NCBI GenBank assembly: GCA_001604045.1
Contig: LVAN01000003.1
Span: 63,765-127,764, forward strand
Source of the DNA: Clostridiales bacterium Firm_08
Lineage (GTDB): Bacteria; Bacillota; Clostridia; Oscillospirales; QAKW01
DNA: 64,000 nucleotides
Direction of reading: 5' to 3'
The position numbers were made by a program, and so were the translations under genes. The notes below the pieces were generated by a model, which worked only from the letters and a program-made list of their open reading frames with translations, was not told the DNA's origin and did no database searches. Shown piece after piece: positions 14,428 through 23,699 of the stretch. Each line of letters opens with the position of its first letter. The first letter of the stretch is position 1.

Positions 14428-15438
14428 TTATTCGTTGACTTTCACGCCGCACGCCTGCAGAAGCAGTTTGTAAAGTTCAAGTTCATAATCGGGCGTGTAG
14501 GGGTTGACCGCCTCGCCGCGAACGTACTTCGCGAACGCCGCCATCATGCCGTCATAGCGGTCGACGCCTTCGCTTGCCTCCGGATCGACCTTGACGTGCC
14601 AGCCCGTTTCGGTACGGACGGTACGGAACGTCTGCATCAGATCCTGTCCCGGCAGATACCATTCCAGGGGACAAAGTTCTATCGTCCCCTCACTGCCGTT
14701 GATGACAAGCTGACGTCTGGCGAAGCCGCCGCGTTCCACAGCCGTTGTTTTGGCGAAGGAAACGCCGTTTTTGTATTCAAAGATCGCCATGCCGAAATCC
14801 TCGCCCGTCACGCCGTCCAGCCCGGAACGCTTGTTGAGGGGGATGACTCTCTCGGGCATGCCCTGGATCCGGTAGATCAGGTCGACCAGGTGACAGCCGA
14901 GATAAAACATCATGCCGCCCGGAAACGTTTCCAGCCACTGCCGCGTTTTTTCAGGATGCCAGCAGTTCATTTGCGCTTCCACGCTTATGATCTCGCCGAG
15001 TTTTCCGCTTTTCACCTGTTCCAGCGCGTCCATAATGAACGGATTGTAGCGGTACATATAGCCGGTGTGGAAGACTTTGCCGCTTTTTTTCACCTCGGCG
15101 ATCAACTCTTTATAACCGGAAAGGGAAACGCTGCCCGGCTTTTCCATATGGATATGCTTGCCCGCCTTCGCCGCGAGCAGGGCGTATTTGGTGAGATAGA
15201 TCTCGTCGGTCTCCACCACCACCGCCTCGATGGCCGGATCGTCCAGGATGTCCGAAAGGGACATCTCCCGCAATCCGTCAAGGTTGGGGATCCGTTTGGG
15301 GATCCGCTCCCGCTCGTTTTCCGGCAGGTGGTAGCCGACGACTTCAAACAGATCCGTCTGTTTCCGCACGCTTCCGATGATCTGTTTGGAATGGCTGTGC
15401 TCGTTGATGCCGATCACGGCGGTCCTGATCTTTTTCAT
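14428..15438 (-). CDS. Gfo/Idh/MocA-family NAD(P)-dependent oxidoreductase
   Basis: N-terminal Rossmann segment KIRTAVIGINEHS and EKP motif (HMEKPG). Confidence 0.85.
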   Translation of the reverse strand: MKKIRTAVIGINEHSHSKQIIGSVRKQTDLFEVVGYHLPENERERIPKRIPNLDGLREMSLSDILDDPAIEAVVVETDEIYLTKYALLAAKAGKHIHMEKPGSVSLSGYKELIAEVKKSGKVFHTGYMYRYNPFIMDALEQVKSGKLGEIISVEAQMNCWHPEKTRQWLETFPGGMMFYLGCHLVDLIYRIQGMPERVIPLNKRSGLDGVTGEDFGMAIFEYKNGVSFAKTTAVERGGFARRQLVINGSEGTIELCPLEWYLPGQDLMQTFRTVRTETGWHVKVDPEASEGVDRYDGMMAAFAKYVRGEAVNPYTPDYELELYKLLLQACGVKVNE

Positions 15439-15440
15439 TT

Positions 15441-16457
15441 TTATAACATCCTCCAATCGAATTGAACGATCGGGAAGGTTTTTTCATTCAGCAGGCGGTC
15501 AAAGATCGCCGGCGTTTCATCGGGCGAATGCGTTTCGTCGACCATGGAGGCCAGATCGATCCTGCCGGCTTTGGTCAGCGCGATCAGCGCCGCCATGTCG
15601 TCCTCCTGCGTCCACCAGCCGCCGTGCGACTCGACCTGCGGTCTTGCCATCGTGTGCGCGCCGATCAGTGTGACGCCGGGGCCGTGTACCTTTCGGTAAT
15701 AATCGATGGTAAAATCGCTGTTTCTCGTGCATCCGAGAAGCGCCACTCTGCCGAAGGGCGCCATACAGTCAAGGATCTCGTCAAGCCCCGCGCCGACGCC
15801 GGTGACCTCGATGCCGACCTTCGCGCCGCCGTTCGTCGCCTCTTTGACTTTCGCGGCAAAGCCGGCGTCAAAGGGATCAAAGGCGAGATCGGCGCCGCAG
15901 GCAAGCGCCTTTTCACGTTTTTTCGGATCGGGATCGACCGCGATGACCGGCACGGCGCCCGCCGCTTTCAAAAGCTGCAGCGCCGTAAGCCCCAGGATCC
16001 CCAGACCCATCACGACGGCGCTTTCCCCGATCTCCAGACGGCATTTGCGGATCGCCCCCAGGGGGAAGGTCGCGATATGGAATATCGACGCGTCCTCAAA
16101 GGACACGTCATCGTCGATCTTGCAGGCTTTCGTTTCGCTGATGCGGTGATACTGCTCGTATTTGCTCCACCAGAGCGCGACGCGGTCGCCCGGCTGAAAG
16201 CGGGTCACGCCTTCCCCGACCTCGATGACGATGCCTGCCGAACTGTATCCGACGCGGCGGGGAAACGGCGAGGCTTCCTCGTCTTTTTTCTTCCAGGAGA
16301 CCGTCTTGCTGCCCGCCAGGTTGGCGCGTTCCGTGCCGCCGGAGACGGTGGATATCCGCAGTTTTACCAGGATCTCCCCCGGCGCGAGCGGGGCGACCGG
16401 CTCCGGGATAAGCTCCGCTGTCCCGGGCTTTGTAAAGACAATATTCTTACTGATCAT
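15441..16457 (-). CDS. zinc-type alcohol dehydrogenase-like (MDR superfamily) protein
   Basis: GroES-like N-terminal half and Rossmann motif VMGLGILGL. ATG 16457 has a GAGGTGG Shine-Dalgarno. Adjacent to the Gfo/Idh/MocA gene. Confidence 0.8.
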   Translation of the reverse strand: MISKNIVFTKPGTAELIPEPVAPLAPGEILVKLRISTVSGGTERANLAGSKTVSWKKKDEEASPFPRRVGYSSAGIVIEVGEGVTRFQPGDRVALWWSKYEQYHRISETKACKIDDDVSFEDASIFHIATFPLGAIRKCRLEIGESAVVMGLGILGLTALQLLKAAGAVPVIAVDPDPKKREKALACGADLAFDPFDAGFAAKVKEATNGGAKVGIEVTGVGAGLDEILDCMAPFGRVALLGCTRNSDFTIDYYRKVHGPGVTLIGAHTMARPQVESHGGWWTQEDDMAALIALTKAGRIDLASMVDETHSPDETPAIFDRLLNEKTFPIVQFDWRML

Positions 16458-16599
16458 AATAACCACCTCGCTGCGATTATACCATACCATTGTTTGGAAA
16501 ACAAGGTAGTTTTCCGCTTAAAACAAGGTAATTTTCCGCTTTTTCATATTGCCAAACGGCGCCCGGCGCGGTATAATAAAAGAAAAACGGGAGAAACAG

Positions 16600-16956
16600 A
16601 TGAAACCGCGGCGGTGGAACAAAGACAATTTCATAATGTTGGCGGCGCTGGCGGCGGCCGTCGTGGTTCTGTATGCCCTGCACCCCGGCTGTGTGTGGAA
16701 GGCGCTTTTCGGACACGAGTGCCTCGGCTGCGGCCTGTCCCGCGGCTGCGTCGCGCTGGCGAGACTGCGGCCGGCGCGGGCGTGGCGGTATAATCCGATC
16801 GCGTTTTCCGTGCCGTTTTGGTGCGGCATGTTGGTGACTTTCGGCAAGCCTTTTGAAAGCGCGCGGGCGAACCGTGTCCTTTTATGGTCGCTGCTCGGCG
16901 CCACAGCGGCGCTGGCGGTGTTTCGTATCTGTATGATGATCTTTTTTCCGAGATAA
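16600..16956 (+). CDS. DUF2752 domain-containing membrane protein
   Basis: The CLGCGLSRG motif plus TM helices are characteristic of DUF2752. Confidence 0.65.
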   Translation: MKPRRWNKDNFIMLAALAAAVVVLYALHPGCVWKALFGHECLGCGLSRGCVALARLRPARAWRYNPIAFSVPFWCGMLVTFGKPFESARANRVLLWSLLGATAALAVFRICMMIFFPR

Positions 16957-16959
16957 TAC

Positions 16960-16988
16960 TTGAAAAATCCGATATAATATATTATAAT
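16960..16988 (+). promoter_or_regulatory. sigma-A type promoter for gatCA
   Basis: TTGAAA, 17 nt, TATAAT. Confidence 0.6.
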
Positions 16989-17022
16989 TAACATATATGC
17001 GTAATAACAGGAGAGAAACGAA

Positions 17023-17307
17023 ATGGTAGACATTAAACTTATCGACTATCTCTGTAAACTTGCCAAGCTCTCGTTCGACCCGGCTGAAAAGCAAAAAATG
17101 GCGGCGCAGATGGAGAGCATCGTGGCGTTGATGGATACTGTCAAAGAGGCCGAGATCGACGAAAAGGACTTTCCGCCTGCCTTCCCGGGGGATCCGAAGG
17201 ATCTGCGCGCGGATGAGCTGAAACCCTCCCTGCCGCCCGATGAGGCGCTGGCGAACGTCCCCGACCGCAAGTATCATTTTATCGCCGTGAAAAAAATTAT
17301 GGAGTGA
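17023..17307 (+). CDS. gatC: Asp-tRNA(Asn)/Glu-tRNA(Gln) amidotransferase subunit C
   Basis: 94 aa. KLAKLSFDPAEK..M is typical of GatC. Immediately precedes gatA. Confidence 0.9.
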   Translation: MVDIKLIDYLCKLAKLSFDPAEKQKMAAQMESIVALMDTVKEAEIDEKDFPPAFPGDPKDLRADELKPSLPPDEALANVPDRKYHFIAVKKIME

Positions 17308-17319
17308 GATCGAACCAAT

Positions 17320-18777
17320 ATGAATTTTCATTTGAAATCCTTTCAGGAACTGCGCTATTTGCTGGACAATCACGACGTCACCGCCGAGGAGCTGACGGAG
17401 CATTTTCTGGACCGCATCGAGCGGATCGACCCGGACATCCGCAGTTTTGTTACTGTCTGCCGCGCCGACGCGCTCGCGCAGGCGAAGGCGGCGCAGGAGC
17501 GCATCGATAAAGGGGACATCGCGCCGATGACCGGCATCCCCGTCGCGCTCAAAGACAACATATGCACCCGCGGCGTGCGCACGACCTGTTCCTCCAAAAT
17601 GCTGGAAAACTTTCTGCCGCCTTACGACGCGACGGTGACCGCCGCGCTCAAAAGGCAGGGCGCCGTCCTGCTCGGCAAAAACAATATGGATGAATTCGCC
17701 ATGGGCGCCAGCACTGTGACGTCTTATTTCGGCGTGACGAAAAACCCGTACGATATCACCCGCGTGCCCGGCGGCTCGTCCGGCGGCAGCGCGGCGGCGG
17801 TGTCGGCGGGGCTTTGCCCGGCGTCGCTCGGGAGCGATACCGGCGGCAGTATCCGTCAGCCGGCGGCGTTCTGCGGCGTGACGGGACTTAAACCCACCTA
17901 CGGCAGAGTGTCGAGATACGGCCTGGTGGCGTTCGCCTCCTCGCTGGATCAGATCGGTCCCATCGCCAAGAGCGCCAGGGACTGCGCGTATCTTTTGGAC
18001 GCGATCACCTATGACGACGGCATGGATATGACGCTTGCCAAAGATCTGAAACCGCTGGGGGATATTTTCTCCGGCGATATCAAGGGGACGCGGATCGGGC
18101 TTCCCGCCGAGTTTTTCGGTGAGGGCGTCGATCCCGAGGTCAAAGAGATCGTGATGAAGGCCGCCCTGAAATATAAGGAAATGGGATGTGAGATCGTAGA
18201 CGTGACGCTGCCGTCGCTGAAATACGCGATCGCCGCGTACTACCTCATCGCCTCGGCGGAGGCGTCCTCCAATCTCGCGCGGTATGACGGCGTGAAATAC
18301 GGACACCGTTCGGAACGGGGGGACACCTTTGAGGAAGTGCTGATCCACACGCGGGACGAGGGGTTCGGCGACGAGGTCAAGCGGCGGATCCTGCTCGGCA
18401 CCTACGCGCTTTCCAGCGGCTATTTTGACGCTTATTATAAAAAGGCGACGCTGCTTCGCGAAAAGATCAAAAAGGAATACAGCGATATTTTCGCGAAATG
18501 CGACGTCATCCTCACCCCCACCACGCCCGCCGCGGCGTTTAAGATCGGGGAAAAGACCGACGATCCGACGCAGATGTATCTCGCGGACGTCTGCACCGTT
18601 ACCGTAAACATTGCGGGGCTTCCCGCGGTCAGCACGCCCTGCGGCTATGACAAGGACGGACTTCCCGTCGGTATGTCGCTGGTGGGTAAGGCGTTCGACG
18701 AGGCGACCATATTGCGGCTTGCCGACCGCTTTGAAAAGCGGAGCGAGAGGATCCTCAACGATTATATGCTAAATTGA
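17320..18777 (+). CDS. gatA: Asp-tRNA(Asn)/Glu-tRNA(Gln) amidotransferase subunit A
   Basis: Amidase signature GGSSGGSAAAV..GSDTGGSIRQPA. Confidence 0.95.
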   Translation: MNFHLKSFQELRYLLDNHDVTAEELTEHFLDRIERIDPDIRSFVTVCRADALAQAKAAQERIDKGDIAPMTGIPVALKDNICTRGVRTTCSSKMLENFLPPYDATVTAALKRQGAVLLGKNNMDEFAMGASTVTSYFGVTKNPYDITRVPGGSSGGSAAAVSAGLCPASLGSDTGGSIRQPAAFCGVTGLKPTYGRVSRYGLVAFASSLDQIGPIAKSARDCAYLLDAITYDDGMDMTLAKDLKPLGDIFSGDIKGTRIGLPAEFFGEGVDPEVKEIVMKAALKYKEMGCEIVDVTLPSLKYAIAAYYLIASAEASSNLARYDGVKYGHRSERGDTFEEVLIHTRDEGFGDEVKRRILLGTYALSSGYFDAYYKKATLLREKIKKEYSDIFAKCDVILTPTTPAAAFKIGEKTDDPTQMYLADVCTVTVNIAGLPAVSTPCGYDKDGLPVGMSLVGKAFDEATILRLADRFEKRSERILNDYMLN

Positions 18778-18782
18778 TATTT

Positions 18783-19078
18783 TTCGGCGGAACCAAGAAC
18801 CGCACAACCGGGGAGGCAGCGGCACCCTGTACCGAAAATCCGCTATATCGGGGCAGCCCCTTGCGCGCCTTACGCGATCGGAGACGACGGGACGGTGAGT
18901 TTGCCGACGGACAGGTCCGACGCAATACCGTACTGTGAACCATGTCAGGCGGGGAACCGAGCAGCATTCAGCAGATCACGCGTATGTGCCGTCGGTCGCC
19001 CTGTCCCGAGAACGAGCCCCTCGTACGCCCGGACGCGGCATTGCCAACAAGGGGTGTGCGGTTCTTGGTTCCGCCGAA
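18783..19078 (+). ncRNA. ffs: signal recognition particle RNA, long Bacillus-type (scRNA)
   Basis: Terminal helix TTCGGCGGAACCAAGAACCGCACA/TGTGCGGTTCTTGGTTCCGCCGAA. The core AACCATGTCAGGCGGGGAACCGAGCAGCATTCAGC..ATGTGCCG closely parallels the B. subtilis scRNA domain IV. Classic position just upstream of dnaX. Ends are approximate. Confidence 0.85.
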
Positions 19079-19105
19079 TATATAGGAAAAGGGAGAAGCG
19101 AAAAA

Positions 19106-20674
19106 GTGTATTTGTCCCTCTATCGTAAATACCGCCCCCACACGTTCGCGGACGTCGTGGGGCAGGACGCTGTGACGCGCACTCTGCGCGGGCAGATCCT
19201 GAGCGGTCATATCGGACACGCTTACCTGTTCACCGGCACGCGGGGAACGGGCAAAACGACCTGCGCCAAAATATTCGCGCAGGCGGTCAACTGTGAACAT
19301 CCCGTCGACGGGGATCCCTGCGGGGAGTGCCCGTCCTGCAAGGCGATCGCCGCGGGTTCCGTCACCGATATCTATGAGATCGACGCGGCGTCCAACAGCC
19401 GGGTGGACGACGTCCGGGAACTCAAAGCGGACGTTATCTACACCCCCGCGCTGGTAAAATACAAGGTCTACATCATCGACGAGGTGCACCGCCTGTCCGG
19501 CTCGGCGTTCGACGCGTTGCTCAAAACGGTGGAGGAACCGCCGGAGCACGTCATTTTTATTCTGGCGACGACGGAACTGCACAAGGTGCCGTCCACCATC
19601 CTGTCCCGCTGTCAGCGGTTCGATTTCCGCCGGATCGACACGGCGGAGATCCGCGAAAGGCTTTGTGAGGTCGCGGAAAAAGAAGGGCTCACCCTGACCG
19701 CCGACGCGGCGCAGATGCTGGCGCGGATGGGGCAGGGTTCGATGCGGGACGCGCTATCCCTTTTGGAACGCGCCGCCGCCGTCGGCGGAGAGATCAACGG
19801 CGAAAAGGTCGGGGATCTTTTGGGACTTTGCGATCCCGAGAGGATGCTCGGCTGCGTGGAAAAGATCGCGGCGGGGGATATCGCCGCCGTGATGGATTTT
19901 CTCGACGAGATGTGGAAATCGTCCAAGGACATTTCCCGCCTGCTCGCGGAACTCGGCGTACTGTTCCGGGATATCCTGCTGATCCGCGCCGCGCCCACGC
20001 TGACGGAGGACCGTTCGCCGCAGGAGAGGCAGCGGCTTTCCGCGCTGTATGACGCGCTGGGGTCCGCCAGGATCCTCGCGAGCCTTGAAACACTGCAAAA
20101 AGGGGCGCGGGACGTCGCCGCGAGCGGCGGCGAGCGCGTGATGACCGAGATCACGCTGATGCGCCTGTGCGATATCAAACTCGGCACCGACCCGGCGGCG
20201 CTCGTCGCGCGGATCGAGGCACTGGAAAAACGACCCGCCGCGCCCGCGGCGGAGCCGCCGAAACCGGCGGAAAAGCCGAAATCCGCGCCGGTACCGGCAA
20301 AAAAAAGACCGGCGGACGAGCCGGAAAGACCCGCGCCGGCAGTAAGCGAGCCGGCGCCGCCCTCCATACCGCCCGAAAAACTGTGGGGACAGGCGATGGA
20401 CATCCTGCGCGGCGACGGCAGACAGGATCTTGTGGGGACGCTGGCGAACGTTTCGCCCCGCATCGAGGGGACGCGGGTCATATTCGCGCTGCCCGACGGC
20501 TTTATCCGTCGACTGCTCAACACCGAGCAAAACCGCGCGGCGATCGCGGGAGCGCTTACGCGCGTTGACCGCAGGGACTATGCCGTCCGGTTTGAGGATC
20601 CCGCGCCCGCCCCCCGGGAGAAGGACGCGCTGGACGAACTGATAGAAAATCTCAACAAAGGAGAAACGATATGA
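19106..20674 (+). CDS. dnaX: DNA polymerase III subunit gamma/tau
   Basis: GTG 19106 with a GGGAGAAG Shine-Dalgarno (the longer track ORF would overlap the SRP RNA). YRKYRPHTFADVVGQ, Walker A GTRGTGKTT, zinc module CGECPSC, DEVH. Confidence 0.9.
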   Translation: MYLSLYRKYRPHTFADVVGQDAVTRTLRGQILSGHIGHAYLFTGTRGTGKTTCAKIFAQAVNCEHPVDGDPCGECPSCKAIAAGSVTDIYEIDAASNSRVDDVRELKADVIYTPALVKYKVYIIDEVHRLSGSAFDALLKTVEEPPEHVIFILATTELHKVPSTILSRCQRFDFRRIDTAEIRERLCEVAEKEGLTLTADAAQMLARMGQGSMRDALSLLERAAAVGGEINGEKVGDLLGLCDPERMLGCVEKIAAGDIAAVMDFLDEMWKSSKDISRLLAELGVLFRDILLIRAAPTLTEDRSPQERQRLSALYDALGSARILASLETLQKGARDVAASGGERVMTEITLMRLCDIKLGTDPAALVARIEALEKRPAAPAAEPPKPAEKPKSAPVPAKKRPADEPERPAPAVSEPAPPSIPPEKLWGQAMDILRGDGRQDLVGTLANVSPRIEGTRVIFALPDGFIRRLLNTEQNRAAIAGALTRVDRRDYAVRFEDPAPAPREKDALDELIENLNKGETI

Positions 20675-21012
20675 AAGCGAGACTGCCCGAGGGCGTACAG
20701 ATGAAACGCTCGGATATGATGGCAAAGATCCAGGAGATGCAGGCGCAGATGGAGACCACCCAGAATGAGGTGGAGGAGAGCCTGTTCACCGCGGCGGCGG
20801 GCGGCGGCATGGTGACCGCCGAGGTCAACGGTAAAAAGGAAGTTACAAAGATCACGCTGGCGCCCGAGGTCGTCGATCCGGACGATGTGGAGATGCTGGA
20901 GGATCTTGTCACCGCCGCGGTCAATGAAGCGCTTGCCAAAGCGGGCAAGGCGATGGAGGAAAAAATGGGCGCCATCACCGGCGGGCTGAACATTCCGGGG
21001 TTGATGGGATGA
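20671..21012 (+). CDS. YbaB/EbfC-family nucleoid-associated protein
   Basis: 113 aa. MMAKIQEMQAQME..GGGMVTAEVNGKKEV is typical. dnaX-ybaB-recR synteny. Confidence 0.9.
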   Translation: MKARLPEGVQMKRSDMMAKIQEMQAQMETTQNEVEESLFTAAAGGGMVTAEVNGKKEVTKITLAPEVVDPDDVEMLEDLVTAAVNEALAKAGKAMEEKMGAITGGLNIPGLMG

Positions 21013-21605
21013 ACGCGATCCCCGCGATGAACCGGCTGATCGGACAGTTTGAAAAACTGCCCGGCATCGGCGCGAAGACCGCGCAGAAAATGGCGTACTA
21101 TGTGCTGTCCGGCGATAAGGAGCGCGCGAAGGAGTTTGCCGACGCGCTGAATGCGGCGCGGGAGAGCATCCATTACTGCGCCAAATGTCACAATTTCACC
21201 GATCGGGAGATCTGTGATATTTGCGCGGACAAAACGAGAGACAGCGCCCTGATCTGCGTCGTTGAACAGCCGGGAGACGTGGAAACACTGGAAAAAATGA
21301 AAGACTATCACGGCGTGTATCACGTTCTGCATGGACTGATCTCGCCGCTGGACGGCGTGGGACCGGAGGAACTGACGGTCAAGCCGCTTCTGGAAAGAGT
21401 GGCAAACGAAGACGTGCGGGAGGTCATCATGGCGACCAATCCGAGCGTGGAGGGGCAGACGACGGCGCTGTATATCGCGAAACTGCTCAAACCGTTCGGC
21501 GTGCGCGTCACGGCGCTGGCGCTCGGCATACCGGTGGGCGGTTCTCTTGAATACGCTGATGCCGCCACGCTTTCCAGCAGTATCGAAAACCGCAGAGAAA
21601 TATAA
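21009..21605 (+). CDS. recR: recombination protein RecR
   Basis: LPGIGAKTAQKMAY HhH motif, C4 zinc finger CAKCHNF..CDIC, and a Toprim region. Confidence 0.95.
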   Translation: MNAIPAMNRLIGQFEKLPGIGAKTAQKMAYYVLSGDKERAKEFADALNAARESIHYCAKCHNFTDREICDICADKTRDSALICVVEQPGDVETLEKMKDYHGVYHVLHGLISPLDGVGPEELTVKPLLERVANEDVREVIMATNPSVEGQTTALYIAKLLKPFGVRVTALALGIPVGGSLEYADAATLSSSIENRREI

Positions 21606-21621
21606 ACAGGGGGAATAAAAG

Positions 21622-23340
21622 ATGGATATTCAAAAGGAATGTAAGCGCTGGGTAAACAGCCACGCCGTCGATCCAGAGACGAAGGCGGACGCCGTCGTGA
21701 TGCTGGACGACGAGGAAAAACTGCTCGCGGCGTTCGGCGGCAGTTTATCTTTCGGCACGGCGGGTCTGCGCGGTATTATGGGCGCGGGCACCAACCGTAT
21801 GAACGAATGTACCGTCCGGCAGGCGACGAGAGGACTTGGCAATTTTATTTCCGGACTTGGCGCCGATGCCATGGCGCGCGGCGTTGTCATCGCGCACGAC
21901 TGCCGGCGGCGCGGCGAGCGTTTCACGATGGCGGCGGCTCAGACGCTTTGCGCGATGGGCATAAAGGTTTACGTATTTGATGAACTGCGCCCGACGCCGG
22001 AACTTTCCTTCGCGGTGCGGGAGCTCGGCACCATCGCCGGCATCAACATCACAGCCTCGCACAATCCCAAAGAATACAACGGCTATAAGGTCTATTTCGA
22101 GGACGGCGCGCAGATCTCGGGCGAGATCGCGGAGCGCATCCAGACGCATATCCGCGCCATTGACCCGCTGAACGTCCCGACGATGGAGGTCGAAGAGGCG
22201 GAAAAGAGAGGTCTTCTCGTCTATATCGGCGAGGAGATCGACGAAAAATATCTTGCCGCGGTACTGGCGGAGAGTTTGGATCTCAGCGGCATTTCCGAAC
22301 AGTCGAGAAAACTCAAGGTCGTTTACACGCCTTTCCACGGCACCGGCTACCGTCTGGTGCCGGAGGCGCTGAAACGCCTGTCCATCAACGTTGTGCCGGT
22401 GGAGGAACAGATGATCGTCAGCGGTGAATTCCCCACCGTCAAATCCCCCAATCCGGAGGAAAAAGAGGGCTTTGCGCCCGGCGTCAAGAAGGCGAAAGAG
22501 GTCGGCGCGGATCTGATCATCGCCACCGATCCCGACGCCGATCGCGTCGGCGTGGGATGTCTTGACAAAAACGGCGGGATCACCCTGCTCACCGGCAATC
22601 AGGTCGGCATATTGCTTTCGGATTTTATCATCCGCAACCTGCGGGAGACCGGCAAAATGCCGCCAAATCCCGCCATCATCACCAGCATCGTGTCCACCCG
22701 TATGGTCAAAGAGATCTGCGCGGCGGAAGGCGTCGACTATTTCGAGGTGCTGACCGGCTTTAAATACATAGGCGAGCATATCAAACAGTTCGAGGAGAAA
22801 CACGATCACAGTTTTATTTTCGGGTTTGAGGAAAGTTACGGATATCTCAAGGGAAGCTACGCCAGGGATAAGGACAGCGTCATCGCGACGGTGCTGATCG
22901 CGCAGATGGCGATGTATTATAAGGATCAGAACAAGACCCTGCCCGAGGCGCTGGAAGCGCTGTATAAAAAATACGGCAGATATGAGGAAAAGGTCGTCTC
23001 CTTCAAGATCGGCGGCACGGATCCTCAGGAAAATATGAAGGAAATGCTCTCCGCTCTGCGCCGCAGCAGCCCCGAAAAGGTGGCGGGACTTGCCGTGCGC
23101 CGCGTGGGTGATTTCCTTACCGGCGAGTATACCGACAAGGACGGCGGCACCGAGCAGACGGGACTGCCGAAAAGTGATATGCTGCACTTCACCTTTGAGG
23201 ACGGCAGCGTCGTCATCGTCCGCCCGTCCGGCACCGAGCCGAAGGTCAAACTTTACATTTTGACCAGGGGCAAGGACAAGGCGGCGTGCGATAAAAAAAT
23301 CAAAAACTTTGAAAAAGAATTCGGGGCGATGCTGCAATGA
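21622..23340 (+). CDS. phospho-sugar mutase (PgcA-like alpha-phosphoglucomutase family)
   Basis: TASHNPKEYNGYKVY active-site loop and ATDPDADR Mg loop. 572-aa long form. Confidence 0.85.
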   Translation: MDIQKECKRWVNSHAVDPETKADAVVMLDDEEKLLAAFGGSLSFGTAGLRGIMGAGTNRMNECTVRQATRGLGNFISGLGADAMARGVVIAHDCRRRGERFTMAAAQTLCAMGIKVYVFDELRPTPELSFAVRELGTIAGINITASHNPKEYNGYKVYFEDGAQISGEIAERIQTHIRAIDPLNVPTMEVEEAEKRGLLVYIGEEIDEKYLAAVLAESLDLSGISEQSRKLKVVYTPFHGTGYRLVPEALKRLSINVVPVEEQMIVSGEFPTVKSPNPEEKEGFAPGVKKAKEVGADLIIATDPDADRVGVGCLDKNGGITLLTGNQVGILLSDFIIRNLRETGKMPPNPAIITSIVSTRMVKEICAAEGVDYFEVLTGFKYIGEHIKQFEEKHDHSFIFGFEESYGYLKGSYARDKDSVIATVLIAQMAMYYKDQNKTLPEALEALYKKYGRYEEKVVSFKIGGTDPQENMKEMLSALRRSSPEKVAGLAVRRVGDFLTGEYTDKDGGTEQTGLPKSDMLHFTFEDGSVVIVRPSGTEPKVKLYILTRGKDKAACDKKIKNFEKEFGAMLQ

Positions 23341-23639
23341 TACGACATATCGTGATGTTCAAATTTTTGGAGGAAAACAAGGCGGAAAACGTCCAAAGGA
23401 CCAAAGAGATGCTGGACGCTCTGCCGGCGAAGATCCCCCTGATCCGGCACAGTGAAACGCATATCGGTCACGCGGACGCCGCGCCTGCCAACGCGGATCT
23501 CATCCTTATCAGCGATTTTGACAGTATGGAGGATCTTGCCGCGTATATCGTTCACCCCGATCACAAGGCGGTCGGCGCGTTTATGCGCCCGCGGCGGGAG
23601 AGCCGCTGCTGTGTGGATTTCGAGTTGCCGGACAAGTGA
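23337..23639 (+). CDS. Dabb (stress-responsive alpha/beta barrel) family protein
   Basis: 100 aa. MIRHIVMFKF..HPDHKAV pattern. Confidence 0.75.
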   Translation: MIRHIVMFKFLEENKAENVQRTKEMLDALPAKIPLIRHSETHIGHADAAPANADLILISDFDSMEDLAAYIVHPDHKAVGAFMRPRRESRCCVDFELPDK

Positions 23640-23699
23640 GCCGATACTTAAAAAAAGCAGAGGCTTTCTTTATAAAAAAACAGAAAGAAGAAATAGAGT

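Noticed and set aside
18935-19105. Longer dnaX start (ORF track begins at 18935).
   Set aside because: The extension overlaps the SRP RNA gene and encodes non-conserved sequence. GTG 19106 has a proper SD and gives the canonical YRKYRP N-terminus.
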